This document shows, one piece after another, positions 39,901 through 50,913 of a DNA stretch of 64,000 nt. The stretch covers positions 37,882,001 through 37,946,000 of the forward strand of contig OZ249438.1 of assembly GCA_965235115.1 (NCBI GenBank), given 5' to 3'. Position numbers and translations under genes: made by a program. The first letter of the stretch is position 1; each line of letters opens with the position of its first letter. The DNA comes from Laetmonice hystrix (taxonomy: Eukaryota). The notes below the pieces were generated by a model. The model made no database searches. It was not told the DNA's origin and was given only the letters and a program-made list of their open reading frames with translations.

Positions 39901-41507
39901 CCAAGAAATCCAAAGGGCTGCAGTGTTTGTTTTTCAGTATAAAAGACGTGTATGAGCAATCAATTGACCCTACGCACCAAGGGCGAATCCAGCAGGCCCA
40001 GGGTCGGGGGCCCCTACCCGCTCCCATCAGGATTATCTCCTGCCCTGATGGACGTAAAGGAAAACTTACAAACATGGTGGCCACCTTCTCCGGGAACGTG
40101 TAAGCCATGATGGCGAAGGAGGCAGTCATGAGCCCGCCGGCTCCCACCCCCTCGAAACACCGGACCATGAAACACAGGACGATGTACGGGGTCCCTGGCG
40201 GACTGGCGTCTAGGAAACTACCGAAGAAACATAGCAAACCTGTGTACGCAACGCCAGCTCCGTATCATTACAGCCATCGTAACGGTTGGCTTATAATGGC
40301 ATCATGCTAAATGTTAGGTCTACTGGCGAGTTTCCATCGCATATCGGAAACTTTTGATAAAGTTGCAGTGGCCGATCCAGGGGGACCGTTACGGGGATTA
40401 ATTCCCCTCCTTTCCTTGGCAACCAATTTTTCTTTTTCGCCAGAGAACTTTCTGAAGTGACCTAAATAGTTGCTCGCGAGTAATCCTGTATAGGACGTGA
40501 TAATTATTGTAATGTAATGTAATCAGGTCGACTGACGACACGCATGCGCACCCGAAGAGAACGGAGCAAAATCCACAGGAGAGGAGTCCCGTGACGAACA
40601 TGAACTTAGCTCCGATCTGAGTCAGCTGAAAGCAGAGTCGACAGGTGTCGGACATCTCAGAATCAAACTGCATCATTTCAATACTACTAAACTCTACAGG
40701 AAATATGTCAACAAACGTATTTTTAGCTTGGGCTTAGTAGGCCTATTTAGAGCAGGCGTAGTTAGCATAATATTATCGAATGACAAGAAATTTATACGCA
40801 AACGTTTATTGGATGAACATGATCGCTTGGAATACTCACGTAGTTTCCGAAGATTGGACAAACAAGAACGAATACAAGTTCGTAAACGCCAAATATGAGC
40901 CCAATGAGCGTGGCATTAACTCCTTGTTTTGCTGCCTACGGGAAATTATAGAACGTAATAACTTGAATACAAAATCAATTGTATGAGTACATAATCATAT
41001 TTGGAAAATTAAATTCTTAATTATGTCGTAAATGGCGGCGCCTATTATAACATAAANNNNNNNNNNNNNNNNNNNNNNNNNNNNNNNNNNNNNNNNNNNN
41101 NNNNNNNNNNNNNNNNNNNNNNNNNNNNNNNNNNNNNNNNNNNNNNNNNNNNNNNNNNNNNNNNNNNNNNNNNNNNNNNNNNNNNNNNNNNNNNNNNNNN
41201 NNNNNNNNNNNNNNNNNNNNNNNNNNNCCAAACTGACCTCGTTTGGGAAAAAAGGTCCCAATAAAGAATAAAATGTTCCAATGCCGAAGTTGGAGAGGCA
41301 AAATGTAAAAATGGTAAATTTTTCATTTGTAGTCATGCGCCTTATTTCAATGATGTCATCTTTTTGGAAGCTGGTCGTTCGTGCCAATAGGGGGCGCAAT
41401 CGGTCCTCTGCCACTTCCCCTTCCGTATCCGGCCTGACGGTTCCGTACTTTGAACTAGTGTCCGGCGTCGTTCCGGCGACCCGATCGGTGCTGCCGTCTG
41501 CCGACAT
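33933..41507 (-). CDS. SLC18B1: MFS-type transporter SLC18B1-like, paralogue A; 13 exons, 487 aa
   Basis: Minus-strand exons 41507-41238, 40935-40840, 40625-40552, 40217-40070, 39468-39400, 37819-37729, 37176-37037, 36819-36721, 36398-36304, 35854-35759, 34929-34855, 34564-34471, 34049-33933 (TAA). Internal exon lengths (96, 74, 148, 69, 91, 140, 99, 95, 96, 75, 94) are identical to paralogue B. Motifs YSLLGPFFPNEA, GLIFGVYEL, RCFEGVGAG, LELFTGLGLMVGPPIGGALFQ, GYPETLGTYGLVSGVFSSCFSLGAFVGP. Confidence 0.92.
34252..34416. repeat. (GAA)n microsatellite, interrupted
   Basis: Long GAA run in the last intron of SLC18B1-A; source of the poly-E, poly-S and poly-F pseudo-ORFs. Confidence 0.97.
34955..35420. 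repeat. ~17-bp degenerate minisatellite
   Basis: Unit GACGTCTAGACGTTTTA with variants. Confidence 0.9.
36410..36622. repeat. 32-bp minisatellite, ~6-7 copies
   Basis: Unit AACATTTGACACAAACTCGGGTCCTCAGATAG, directly upstream of the exon-9 acceptor of SLC18B1-A. Confidence 0.9.
37819..39262. repeat. 38-bp minisatellite, ~38 copies, derived from the exon-6 splice acceptor of SLC18B1-A
   Basis: Unit TTAACCCCTACAACTGTATCAACCAATCACAACACACG. Minus strand reads ...GGTTAACGTGTGTTGTGATTGGTTGATACAG; the terminal unit supplies the real acceptor at 37820-37821. Confidence 0.95.
41057..41227. other. Assembly gap (N run) in intron 1 of SLC18B1-A
   Basis: Run of N. Confidence 1.
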
Positions 41508-41965
41508 GTTCGTGGATTTTAAAAGTTAATCTCAAGGATGGTCAAGAATGGAATCAAGTAGACTCGAGATCGGTTCTTATTTGGCAGCAGTCCTCTTCGA
41601 CAGAAGCACTCACGGGTCTGTGTTCAGCAGTGACCTAAAGGCCGAACATATGAGCGTTCGCTCCACGGTGGAATATCCTGGATGGGTGGTTTTGTGATTC
41701 CTGGTTATAACAGGACACGGAGAGCGAGTAGCGGCTGCAGTCGGACACCGATCTGTAAAGACGACACTCAAGTTAAATACAACGCCTAAGGCACCACCAG
41801 AGTTATCTTAACTGGAATCCACAACCAACAGATAGCCTAGACGATTTTAATAATCAATAGGGGGCCTACGTTATCAATAGCCCAATAGTGTTAATGGTTG
41901 CCTATGCCAAATACTATCTAGAATGGATAGGAAGTGTCAATAAAGGAATCTGGGTCAAGGATGTT

Positions 41966-42125
41966 NNNNNNNNNNNNNNNNNNNNNNNNNNNNNNNNNNN
42001 NNNNNNNNNNNNNNNNNNNNNNNNNNNNNNNNNNNNNNNNNNNNNNNNNNNNNNNNNNNNNNNNNNNNNNNNNNNNNNNNNNNNNNNNNNNNNNNNNNNN
42101 NNNNNNNNNNNNNNNNNNNNNNNNN
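41966..42125. other. Assembly gap (N run)
   Basis: Run of N. Confidence 1.
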
Positions 42126-45100
42126 ACAGTCAGAGAGAGAGCGAAAAAGAGAGAGAAATCCAAGCCTCCATGAAATGCACCCCTGGGGCATTTCATGGAG
42201 GCTTGGATTTCTTTTACACCGCCCCTGATTCCACTTGTAGACTATAGAGTCTATATATATATATATATATATAGCCCGTCCCATTTCGGTACGTGTACAG
42301 CCCGTCCCATTTCAGTAGCAGTACACGATCTATGACTGAAGAAACTGTATTTGTTGTAAACAGGCCTAATAACGGCAACGCTACCATGCTCGGAACCTAG
42401 TTTAGAACAGAAACACGTAGCCGTCGTCGCCAACAGATCATTTGTGATCATGCTACTGGTCTATACCTCCTAGCTCCTCCTCCTCCTCCTCCCCCTCCTC
42501 CCTCTTCCCCGTCCCCTCCTCCCCCTCTTCTTGCTCCTACTCCTGCCCTCGTTCCTTGCCAGAGATCAGGTCTGTGTCCTGGCCTGGAAATCAGCGGCTT
42601 CCTGTCTGCCTACCTTCAATCATAGATCACGTGATCCGTGTGCTGTTGTTAATTGGCAGTATAGTTACGACATTTGGTGAGACACACAAATGTTGGTGTG
42701 GGCTGAGGGAGCTGACAAGAAGCCTCTCTGTCACCGCCGCCGCAGCAGGTCATACGATTAACAAATGTCCCATGTTCCGACCTCGGTGACAAATATCTGG
42801 CACGACTTGACAAATACCATGTCGTGTTGAACCGACTCGTTCATGCGATTTGTTCATGTGACGCTGGCAAGCGACCAACCTTACCGACATACAGTACACC
42901 GACCTATTTCAGGTTCGAGCGATAAACGGAATTATTTTTAAAATGGAGTTATGTTAGGGCCCCGAGTTTACGCGGACTGGGAGCTGGCGGTAATGTATCA
43001 TATAGTATTTCCAAATATGGCAGCAGAATCGGCGTGGAAGCCGGGAGACTGCTGAGGAGGACAGCAGAGACATATATTTCCATTCCATTTTAAAAATACT
43101 TTTTTATCGCTTGGGTTCAAAGGTAAGTATTTGTGGAATTTAGGGTTCCACTTTAAGAAGCCCCTGCTAAACTGCCCCCTCGCCACTTATCATGACGTAC
43201 GTTTATCACGGACAGATGTGCTTACCTGTCCTTCCATGAACCCAGATACGTTGTCTGTCAGGTATTGCATCTATGTCAGGCGTACTTTCCTATCTGGGGC
43301 ATCTTATAGCATTGATATGCCGTAAATGTCGTACCTTTTGATTACTCGGCTAAATTTAAAGCCATAAACATTCGTGAAACTTTACAGTTTCTTAAGTACT
43401 GGTATGATAACAATAACTGCATCCTTTAACGACATAATATAAAAATGACATCTCTACGTCTGTTGAATCTGTAAACGTGGATATGACCCAGACTAACTAT
43501 AGTCTGATTGGCCACATACAAGTAGGTATAACGTTTGTTTACTCAAATCTATTTTTACCCATCCGGCAAAGGAAACGCCCCCTCCCCCAGTTAGCATCTG
43601 TCTAACTGGGGGAGGGGGCTAATATAAGTCGTTATTATAGAAATCTTCCACCTGACCAGTTCCTGTTTGCTCATATAGCCAGATAAAAAACCATTTTCTG
43701 CCTTTCCTTTCAGTAAGCCATTGTTAAAGGACATCCACTTGTTTCACACCTTTGAAACATCATTAATTTAGTAGCCATACATCTGCTAGGATTTAAAATA
43801 AATGGACCCTAAAGAGTCGTTTACAATTACAGTGTTAATGTTGGAGATTCCATTTAAAAAATCCTGGAAATTCCAGGGGGCAGCCCCCCCCCCCCCCCGG
43901 CAGGCTACGGCCCTGCGGTCAGAGAATTAGTTACCATCATTCTCGGAACCAATCCCACAGAAGCACAAATGCACGAACCTTTCCGCTCCGGATCCGGACA
44001 GACGCTTCACCAGCTTTATCAACAACCGCCTGTTTGAAGACTGACCGGAAATGAAATGTCGGGCCGACAATTCCTGTACAGGGCTGTCCAAAGTTGCGGC
44101 TGCTTGGTGCGCAGCACATCCGGATCTGCGCACCAGAACTACAAACCCAAGCAAATGTGCAGCTTTTTTGCAAGAAAAGGGGTGAAAGTAGGCGGCGGCA
44201 GTGTTGACAAACAGACGTCCAAGTTATAATCTGTTCAAATTAAAGTCAAATCTGACAAACTTTACCCCAAAAAAGGTCGTTAAAACAGTTAAAAAAAAAA
44301 CAAGCATCGTCTCCGTTTCGCTTACTAGCATCTCCAAACGACAGATATGCATCACAGGGAGCATGTATGGTCTCACATTATTCCTTCACTCAGTATTTTC
44401 TTTGGCGTGAGCGTTGGCGTTGTTGGCGTTGACAAATGGACAGCCCTGTCAGTGTGTCATCGAACAGGGTCAGAGAAAAAAGAGTGGACAGCGAACACAA
44501 GGGGTCTGGCGTAGACAGCCGAGTCCACAAGATCATTACGGCCCACCGTTCTCATGTAGATATATACATCTATATGCATGGGTTCAATATCGCCTCGGTT
44601 TGGTCCCATCTATCCCATAATATTGTCCACACAATGACCTGATTCGTATTATATCTCACAGGTGTCGCTCTGGCCTCCCAATGAGGGACGCGCTCATGAC
44701 AGATTGTTAAATAATCTGACCTCTGAGAGACCGTCTCAACATCCGAGACGGCAGTCGATCATCGCCTCGTTCTCAGCCTGGCTTATTTTATGATTACGGG
44801 CGTCAGGTGGAGCCACTTTACGCCGGGCTCCGTTAGTGAGAAGTCTCGTCTTTCAAGGACTGTACAAACTAGCCTACAAACAACTTTTTTGGCCCGAAAT
44901 ATGACCACCAGTTACCGAAGGACGTCAAAGTGTCAAACCACTTTGCAATCTCTCACGTTGTACGATCTCTGACGTTGTCCGACTGGCATCAACTAATATA
45001 TAAGTTGTCAACCAATTTGCCCCAACCTCCATGTAACGATACCGAGGGCCGATCAAGTAAAACTTGGCTATCAGAGGCCCTCAGACTTTTTAACAATAAC

Positions 45101-45526
45101 ATCTGGCACATTCTACGAACAAATTTCCTACGAAAAAAATGGAGCCTCTATTAGCAACGGAGTAAAATAATGGAGTAAAATATGTATCCAGTGCACAGAG
45201 CCGTTTTTTTATGGGTTTAAGAAGTATGGACAATGACAACACGCGCTTTGTTGAATAAATATAAATTTTTGTAACAAGGTGAGATTACTATTGTTGTAGT
45301 TGTAGCCATGCAGTTAGACAGCCTGTATTAAAGAGTTTGTTAGCTGTTCTTCTTTGTCAACATTTTTAGCCCAAACAATGCCAATTGTACTACAAGTCGC
45401 GCCCTGAATGTTTGTTTGTGAAATAGACAATATTTAGGTGTGCATCAGCCATAACTCAACAGTGAGTGCGAAAACGCATGGGAGCATTCGACGGGGTGGA
45501 GGTGGGCTATAGGGGCCACGCAGTTA

Positions 45527-46120
45527 GTCTTGGATCAACCCCCATCTGACCCTGCCGACCTACCCTCCTAACCCTCAGAGTCTTGGATCAACCCCCATCT
45601 GACCCCCGCCGACCTACCCTCCTAACCCTCAGAGTCTTGGATCAACCCCCATCTGACCCTGCCGTCCTACCCTCCTAACCCTCAGAGTCTTGGATCAACC
45701 CCCATCTGACCCTGCCGACCTACCCTCCTAACCCTCAGAGTCTTGGATCAACCCCCATCTGACCCTGCCGACCTACCCTCCTAACCCTCAGAGTCTTGGA
45801 TCAACCCCCATCTGACCCTGCTGCACCTCCCCTCCTAACCCTCAGAGTCTTGGATCAACCCCCATCTGACCCCCGCCGACCTACCCTTCTAACCCTCAGA
45901 GTCTTGGATCAACCCCCATCTGACCCCCGCCGACCTACCCTTCTAACCCTCAGAGTCTTGGATCAACCCCCATCTGACCCTGCCGACCTACCCTCCTAAC
46001 CCTCAGAGTCTTGGATCAACCCCCATCTGACCCCGCCGACCTCCCCTCCTAACCCTCAGAGTCTTGGATCAACCTCCACCCCACCGACCCACCCTCCTAA
46101 CCCATGTCTTGGATCAGCCC
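45527..46120. repeat. 53-bp minisatellite, ~11 copies
   Basis: Unit GTCTTGGATCAACCCCCATCTGACCCTGCCGACCTACCCTCCTAACCCTCAGA. Confidence 0.93.
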
Positions 46121-47882
46121 CGTCGGTCGGCGGGAGTGGTACTACTACTGGCAGGCTCCTTCCTGGCGTTAACGATCCGGGTATTCTGACAATCCATCGC
46201 GCACACGGAGCGCCACAGGAGGATCATGTCAATAAGAAGACAGTTATCACATCATGATGGCGTCGATAAATCCAGTTTATGACCGCACTGGAAAGTGTTA
46301 TTGTAGAACTCGACAACATCTTTTTCTCATACCAATAATTCGCCAAGGCCAAGGGATTTTACAATTGGAACGTAATGGCGAATAATTATTTAGAGCCTCA
46401 CAATGAACCCCTGATGCCGCCCGGTCCTAACGGCAGCGGATACTCGGCTGTATCCGGAAGGTTAATATGGTTGCTACGGTAACGAAAGATAATCCAGAAT
46501 AACGCCATGGTCTGTCTAATTCAGAAACAGTGGGGTAGTCTTAACAACTGCATCTTATGTTAGAAAAAAAATCCAACTATTTCCGATATAGCTATACCTA
46601 CATGTTTGCAAATTCATCGCAGACCAGACGCCAATCGTGTTTGCTAGAATATTGCCTTGTAACCTGTCGTATACATGAAAAACGGTTTCGGTATCGGGGT
46701 GGTGTCTGTCTGGGGAGTAGTCTCGATTACCAGACCCGTTTTCCCGCTAGAGGCCGCTCGTCGCCCAAAAAAAGGGTCTGAATTAACGCAAACGCCTATC
46801 TAGATTACACGAACACGGTGATTGGACGAGCGCGGCATTGTGACCTAGAAACCTCGACCTTACTCTGGTATCCTGCTCTAAATGCCGGCCAAGGTGTAAC
46901 GATTTCAAGTTCTCCCTTGATAGTTCCCCCTATTCACGTAAGCGAGAGAGTCAGGGGACCCGCCTTGGCCACATCCAGATGGGAGGCAATCGGAACGTCC
47001 GAGGTCATTTCATTTCCGGTTGAGTGTTTTGCGTACGGAAAGCCCGAGATGTTGCGATTGATGGGAAGGCAGGTCAGGGTGCTGACATCTGGTGGCATCA
47101 GCCCGCAGATGTATTTGTGTCCAGTCCTTATATCCAGCTGGTGGTCGAGTCTATCTGGGGAGCAGTCTCGGTCACCCGACTCTCTTGCTGAGGGTCAGGT
47201 GATCGAGACTATCTTGGGAGGTGTGCTCGCGGGGTGCGACTAAACACCGAAACCAAGCGAATTTACCGAAACCGACCGAAACTGACCTTGGTATAGGCCT
47301 ATCGACACCGACCTCCAGATGGCATTGAGGTTGTCGGCTTCAGTCGGTGTTGGTGTTTAGTCGGACGGGTGCTCCCTGGCAGGAATGTTAACAAGCTGGG
47401 GTCAAATGCGATCGTCTTTTTCAACGTCCAAGCAAGAATGTCATGTTTGCTCGTCCGGCAGTTTCGCTGTTACAAGTAAAGCGACACATGAGATCGATCG
47501 TTGTAATATAATTCTGTACAAACAGGACAGGTTATCTCTGGAACATGGGAAGTAGAGCCTACGAGCGGCCTTAAGAGGACATAACGGTAGTTCGACAACA
47601 GAATCGCATTTCGACCATGATTTTTTAACAGAGATAAATTGATTAAAGTGGGCCAAACATGACTTCTGAAGTGCTTCCGTTGTATCATCGGGGATACTTT
47701 GGAAGCAATCGATTCATAATGATATAGGTCCGAATATTTGCTCTGTTCTTCTATGGACAAAGAAAATAAACATTAGGCCTATATTATATATGTGCATGTC
47801 TTGGGCGGTCGATGGTAATTTGATCAGCCTTATTAATTATTTTTAATAGCAGTAAGGGGTGTGTCATTGGGTGCGTATAGGT

Positions 47883-47963
47883 CACGGAGTATCCCCACCA
47901 CGGAGTATCCCCACCACGGAGTATCCCCACCACGGAGTATCCCCACCACGGAGTATCCCCACC
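47883..47963. repeat. 16-bp tandem repeat, 5 copies
   Basis: Unit CACGGAGTATCCCCAC. Confidence 0.9.
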
Positions 47964-48358
47964 ACACTGACGTCTGATCGGGAACGTTTAGAAGCAGGGG
48001 TGTCGGAAGCTATAGATTGAGAGTGAGCAAGCCGGAAGCCATGAGCCGTCCATGTATCTCTGGCTAGCCAATGCATTGACAGGGGAGGGGGCATGGCCCC
48101 CATGCCCACTGTCCCGACACCCCTGCATGCTAAGTGCACATTTGGATGGGTTGGAAGATCTTTATTACCGACCTACAACAGCTCCATTGTTCTTGTATTC
48201 ATCCGCTGCTGACTGCGTGGACAGCGGATGGATCGGGCGGTAATTGGACATGACAACGATACGGCAGCACGGGCCCGCACCCATTCACATGCGGAAGGAT
48301 ATTGGGAGAGCGTGGTGCAGTCTCTGTGTGAACGGATGTAGTGGAGTGATGTCCTGGT

Positions 48359-50237
48359 GGGTCATTCCATGTGAAATCACCCAATTTTCAGACAAATCCC
48401 ATAGTGATAGTCTTGGATTTGCTTCAATTTTTTTTGACATGTTGCCTGTGGTGCCAAATGAAAATATGCAAAGTTTTACCTCATTATCATTTATAGTTTT
48501 TTTTTAATAGGGGGTCAAAAAAGTGGGCGTGGCTCCTTTTATCGCGACAAAAATGCTGCCGACAGATTTATTCCCATCTTTAACAAACCATAGCTAAGGA
48601 ACTATCAACGATATCAACTTGATTTTTTCAACATAGATCCTTCATCATGTACTCTCTTGTTTGCAGGTGTCAGATTAAAATTTAATCAAGTAGGAGTCAA
48701 GCAATTATCTGCTACATTTAAGCATTTTTCTGACGAAAATGAAAAATCGTCACATTTCAGATCAGCTTTTCACCCATACCTCATAGGATGAATTGAGTTT
48801 AGTTGTTTCTCAATGATAGTACACCTAAAGGGCTTCCTACAGTAACAAAAGCAGTTACTTAAGATCAGTAGTTTTTTGGCAAGAATAGCAGGTAACGGGT
48901 CTCAGCAGGAAAAACCCCCTATTTGGGCCCCTTTTTTGAAGATGTGGGTATCCTTCGATTTTGATAATAATTATATCATCAGAAAGCCCTTGATGTGTAC
49001 CATCAACATACCTATTGTCACTGTTAAACTAGCACCCTTTCATCTTGAAAAAAATATTGATTTTTAACAATAATGACACATTTCAGACGTCATCATGCCC
49101 ACCATGATCTTCCAAAGATAATACTGAAAACACATTCCTATATGCCTATTTTCAGTGTGCAACTAGTGCTCTTTCATTTTGGAAAAAATTACTGTATTCT
49201 AAAATTATGACATTTCGTAGGTCAGGTCTGAGGATACCCTGTAAAGAAAATTCCAATGCACTGCTAGATCAGCACTATTGTAGTTCATTTATATTTCACT
49301 AGGTGGCAGGCCAATCGACAGAAACTGGCAAAAAAGTAGGAGCACATTCTAATTACAGGGTTGCCAGACAACCAGACAGATTCCAGATTGAAAATAGGCA
49401 TGGTGACAGTACACATCAAGGGAGCACCTTCTGATGATATAATTATTATCAAAATAATTTGCATAGAAATGTGTTTTCAGTATTATCTTTAGAAGATCAT
49501 GGTGGACATGATGACGTCCGAAATGTGTCAATATTTTTAAAAATCAAAATTTTTTTTCAAGATGAAAGGGTGCTAGTTTAACAATGAAAATAGGTATGTT
49601 GATGGTACACATCAAGGGCTTTCTGATGATATGATTGTTATCAAAATCGAAGGATACCCACATCTTCAAAAAAGGGGCCCAAATAGGGTTTTTTTCCTGC
49701 TGAGACCTGGTACCTGCTATTCTTGCCAGAAAACTACTGATCTTAAGTAACTGCTTTTGTTACTGTAGGAAGCCCTTTAGGTGTACTATCATTGAGAAAC
49801 AACTAAACTCAATTCATCCTATGAGGTATGGGTGAAAAGCTGATCTGAAATGTGACGATTTTTCATTTTCGTCAGAAAAATGCTTAAATGTAGCAGATAA
49901 TTGCTTGACTCCTACTTCATTAAATTATAATCTGACACCTGCCAACAAGAGAGTACATGATGAAGGATCTATGTTGAAAAAATCAAGTTGATATCATTGA
50001 TAGTTCCTGAGCTATGGCTTGTTAAAGATGGGAATAAATCTGTCGGCAGCATTTTTGTCGTGATAAAAGGAGCCACGCCCACTTTTTTGACCCCCTATTA
50101 AAAAAAAACTATAAATGATAATGAGGTAAAACTTTGCATATTTTCATTTGGCACCACAGGCAACATGTTAAAAAATTTTGAAGCAAATCTGAGACTATCA
50201 CTATGGGAGCCCTGGGTGATTTCACATGGAATGACCC
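48359..50237. mobile_element. 1.88-kb non-autonomous foldback DNA transposon with ~800-bp inverted arms (Sola2-like termini)
   Basis: Ends GGGTCATTCCATGTGAAATCACCCA / TGGGTGATTTCACATGGAATGACCC. Arms ~48359-49150 and ~49440-50237 are reverse complements. 4-bp direct repeat TGGT at 48355-58 and 50238-41. GRG termini with a 4-bp TSD are the described Sola2 signature; the superfamily call is inferred. Confidence 0.8.
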
Positions 50238-50449
50238 TGGTATGACCTGTGCGGTGGGACGGCACACAAACGTAAACACTGTCATATCACAGAGTTGTCT
50301 ATCTATTGTGTCCCTGTAGGCCTATAGATGTGTACTTAGTGTGCCGTGGGTCATTGTTATGCCATTAAGAGTCTGAAGCAATAGGCGTGTTGGGCCTGAA
50401 CGTCAGGTTCCCATGAGTTGAGGGTCTTATTGACCTCTGGTGTGAATGA

Positions 50450-50913
50450 AATCCAAGTCCCCCTGAAATGCAGGCCCGATGGACATGTTAGGTCCCTATC
50501 CCTGAAGTCCGACAGACTTGGATTCCTAAGACTTGAGTCCGGAATATTGTCTTATTTAAATATTTCTTCATAACCTCTAATCCTAAACTTAACTTCAATC
50601 CAGTTGTATCTTCTTAATTATACCACGAAGCTGATAACCTATAGGATCTGCAGGAATCCAGGTCCTGCAGGGAATGCAAGTCCGCCGAAATGGAGGTTCG
50701 CCGGACCTGGATTCCTTGCTATGCAGGTCGCAGGTCATCAACTCCTTGATATAAGACAATATAATTAAGAAAATACAAATGGATTAGGGTTAATGTTAGG
50801 AGTAAGGATAAGATTATGAAGAAATGAAGAAATATTTAAATAATACAACATCACGGACTTCAAGTCCTAGGAATGCAAGTCCGTCGGACCTTCATTTCAG
50901 GGGGACTTGGATT
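50450..50913. mobile_element. MITE with 21-bp perfect TIR and extended imperfect inverted arms
   Basis: AATCCAAGTCCCCCTGAAATG / CATTTCAGGGGGACTTGGATT. Confidence 0.75.

Noticed and set aside
40995-42284. ORFs containing X runs (also 61311-61938)
   Set aside because: Artefacts of reading through N gaps; only 41507-41238 is a real exon.
43927-44173. THAP-like MCCAP...FHF segment
   Set aside because: Lacks the C2CH spacing and the conserved W/P residues of THAP domains.
45527-46120. Interstitial telomeric repeat (CCTAACCCT)
   Set aside because: A single motif per 53-bp unit, not a (TTAGGG)n tract; likewise TTAACCCC in the 38-bp array.
47470-47760. RING-finger start (CPVCTELY) or tyrosine-recombinase-like LCPLKA motif
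   Set aside because: The remaining RING Cys/His residues and recombinase catalytic motifs are absent before the stop.
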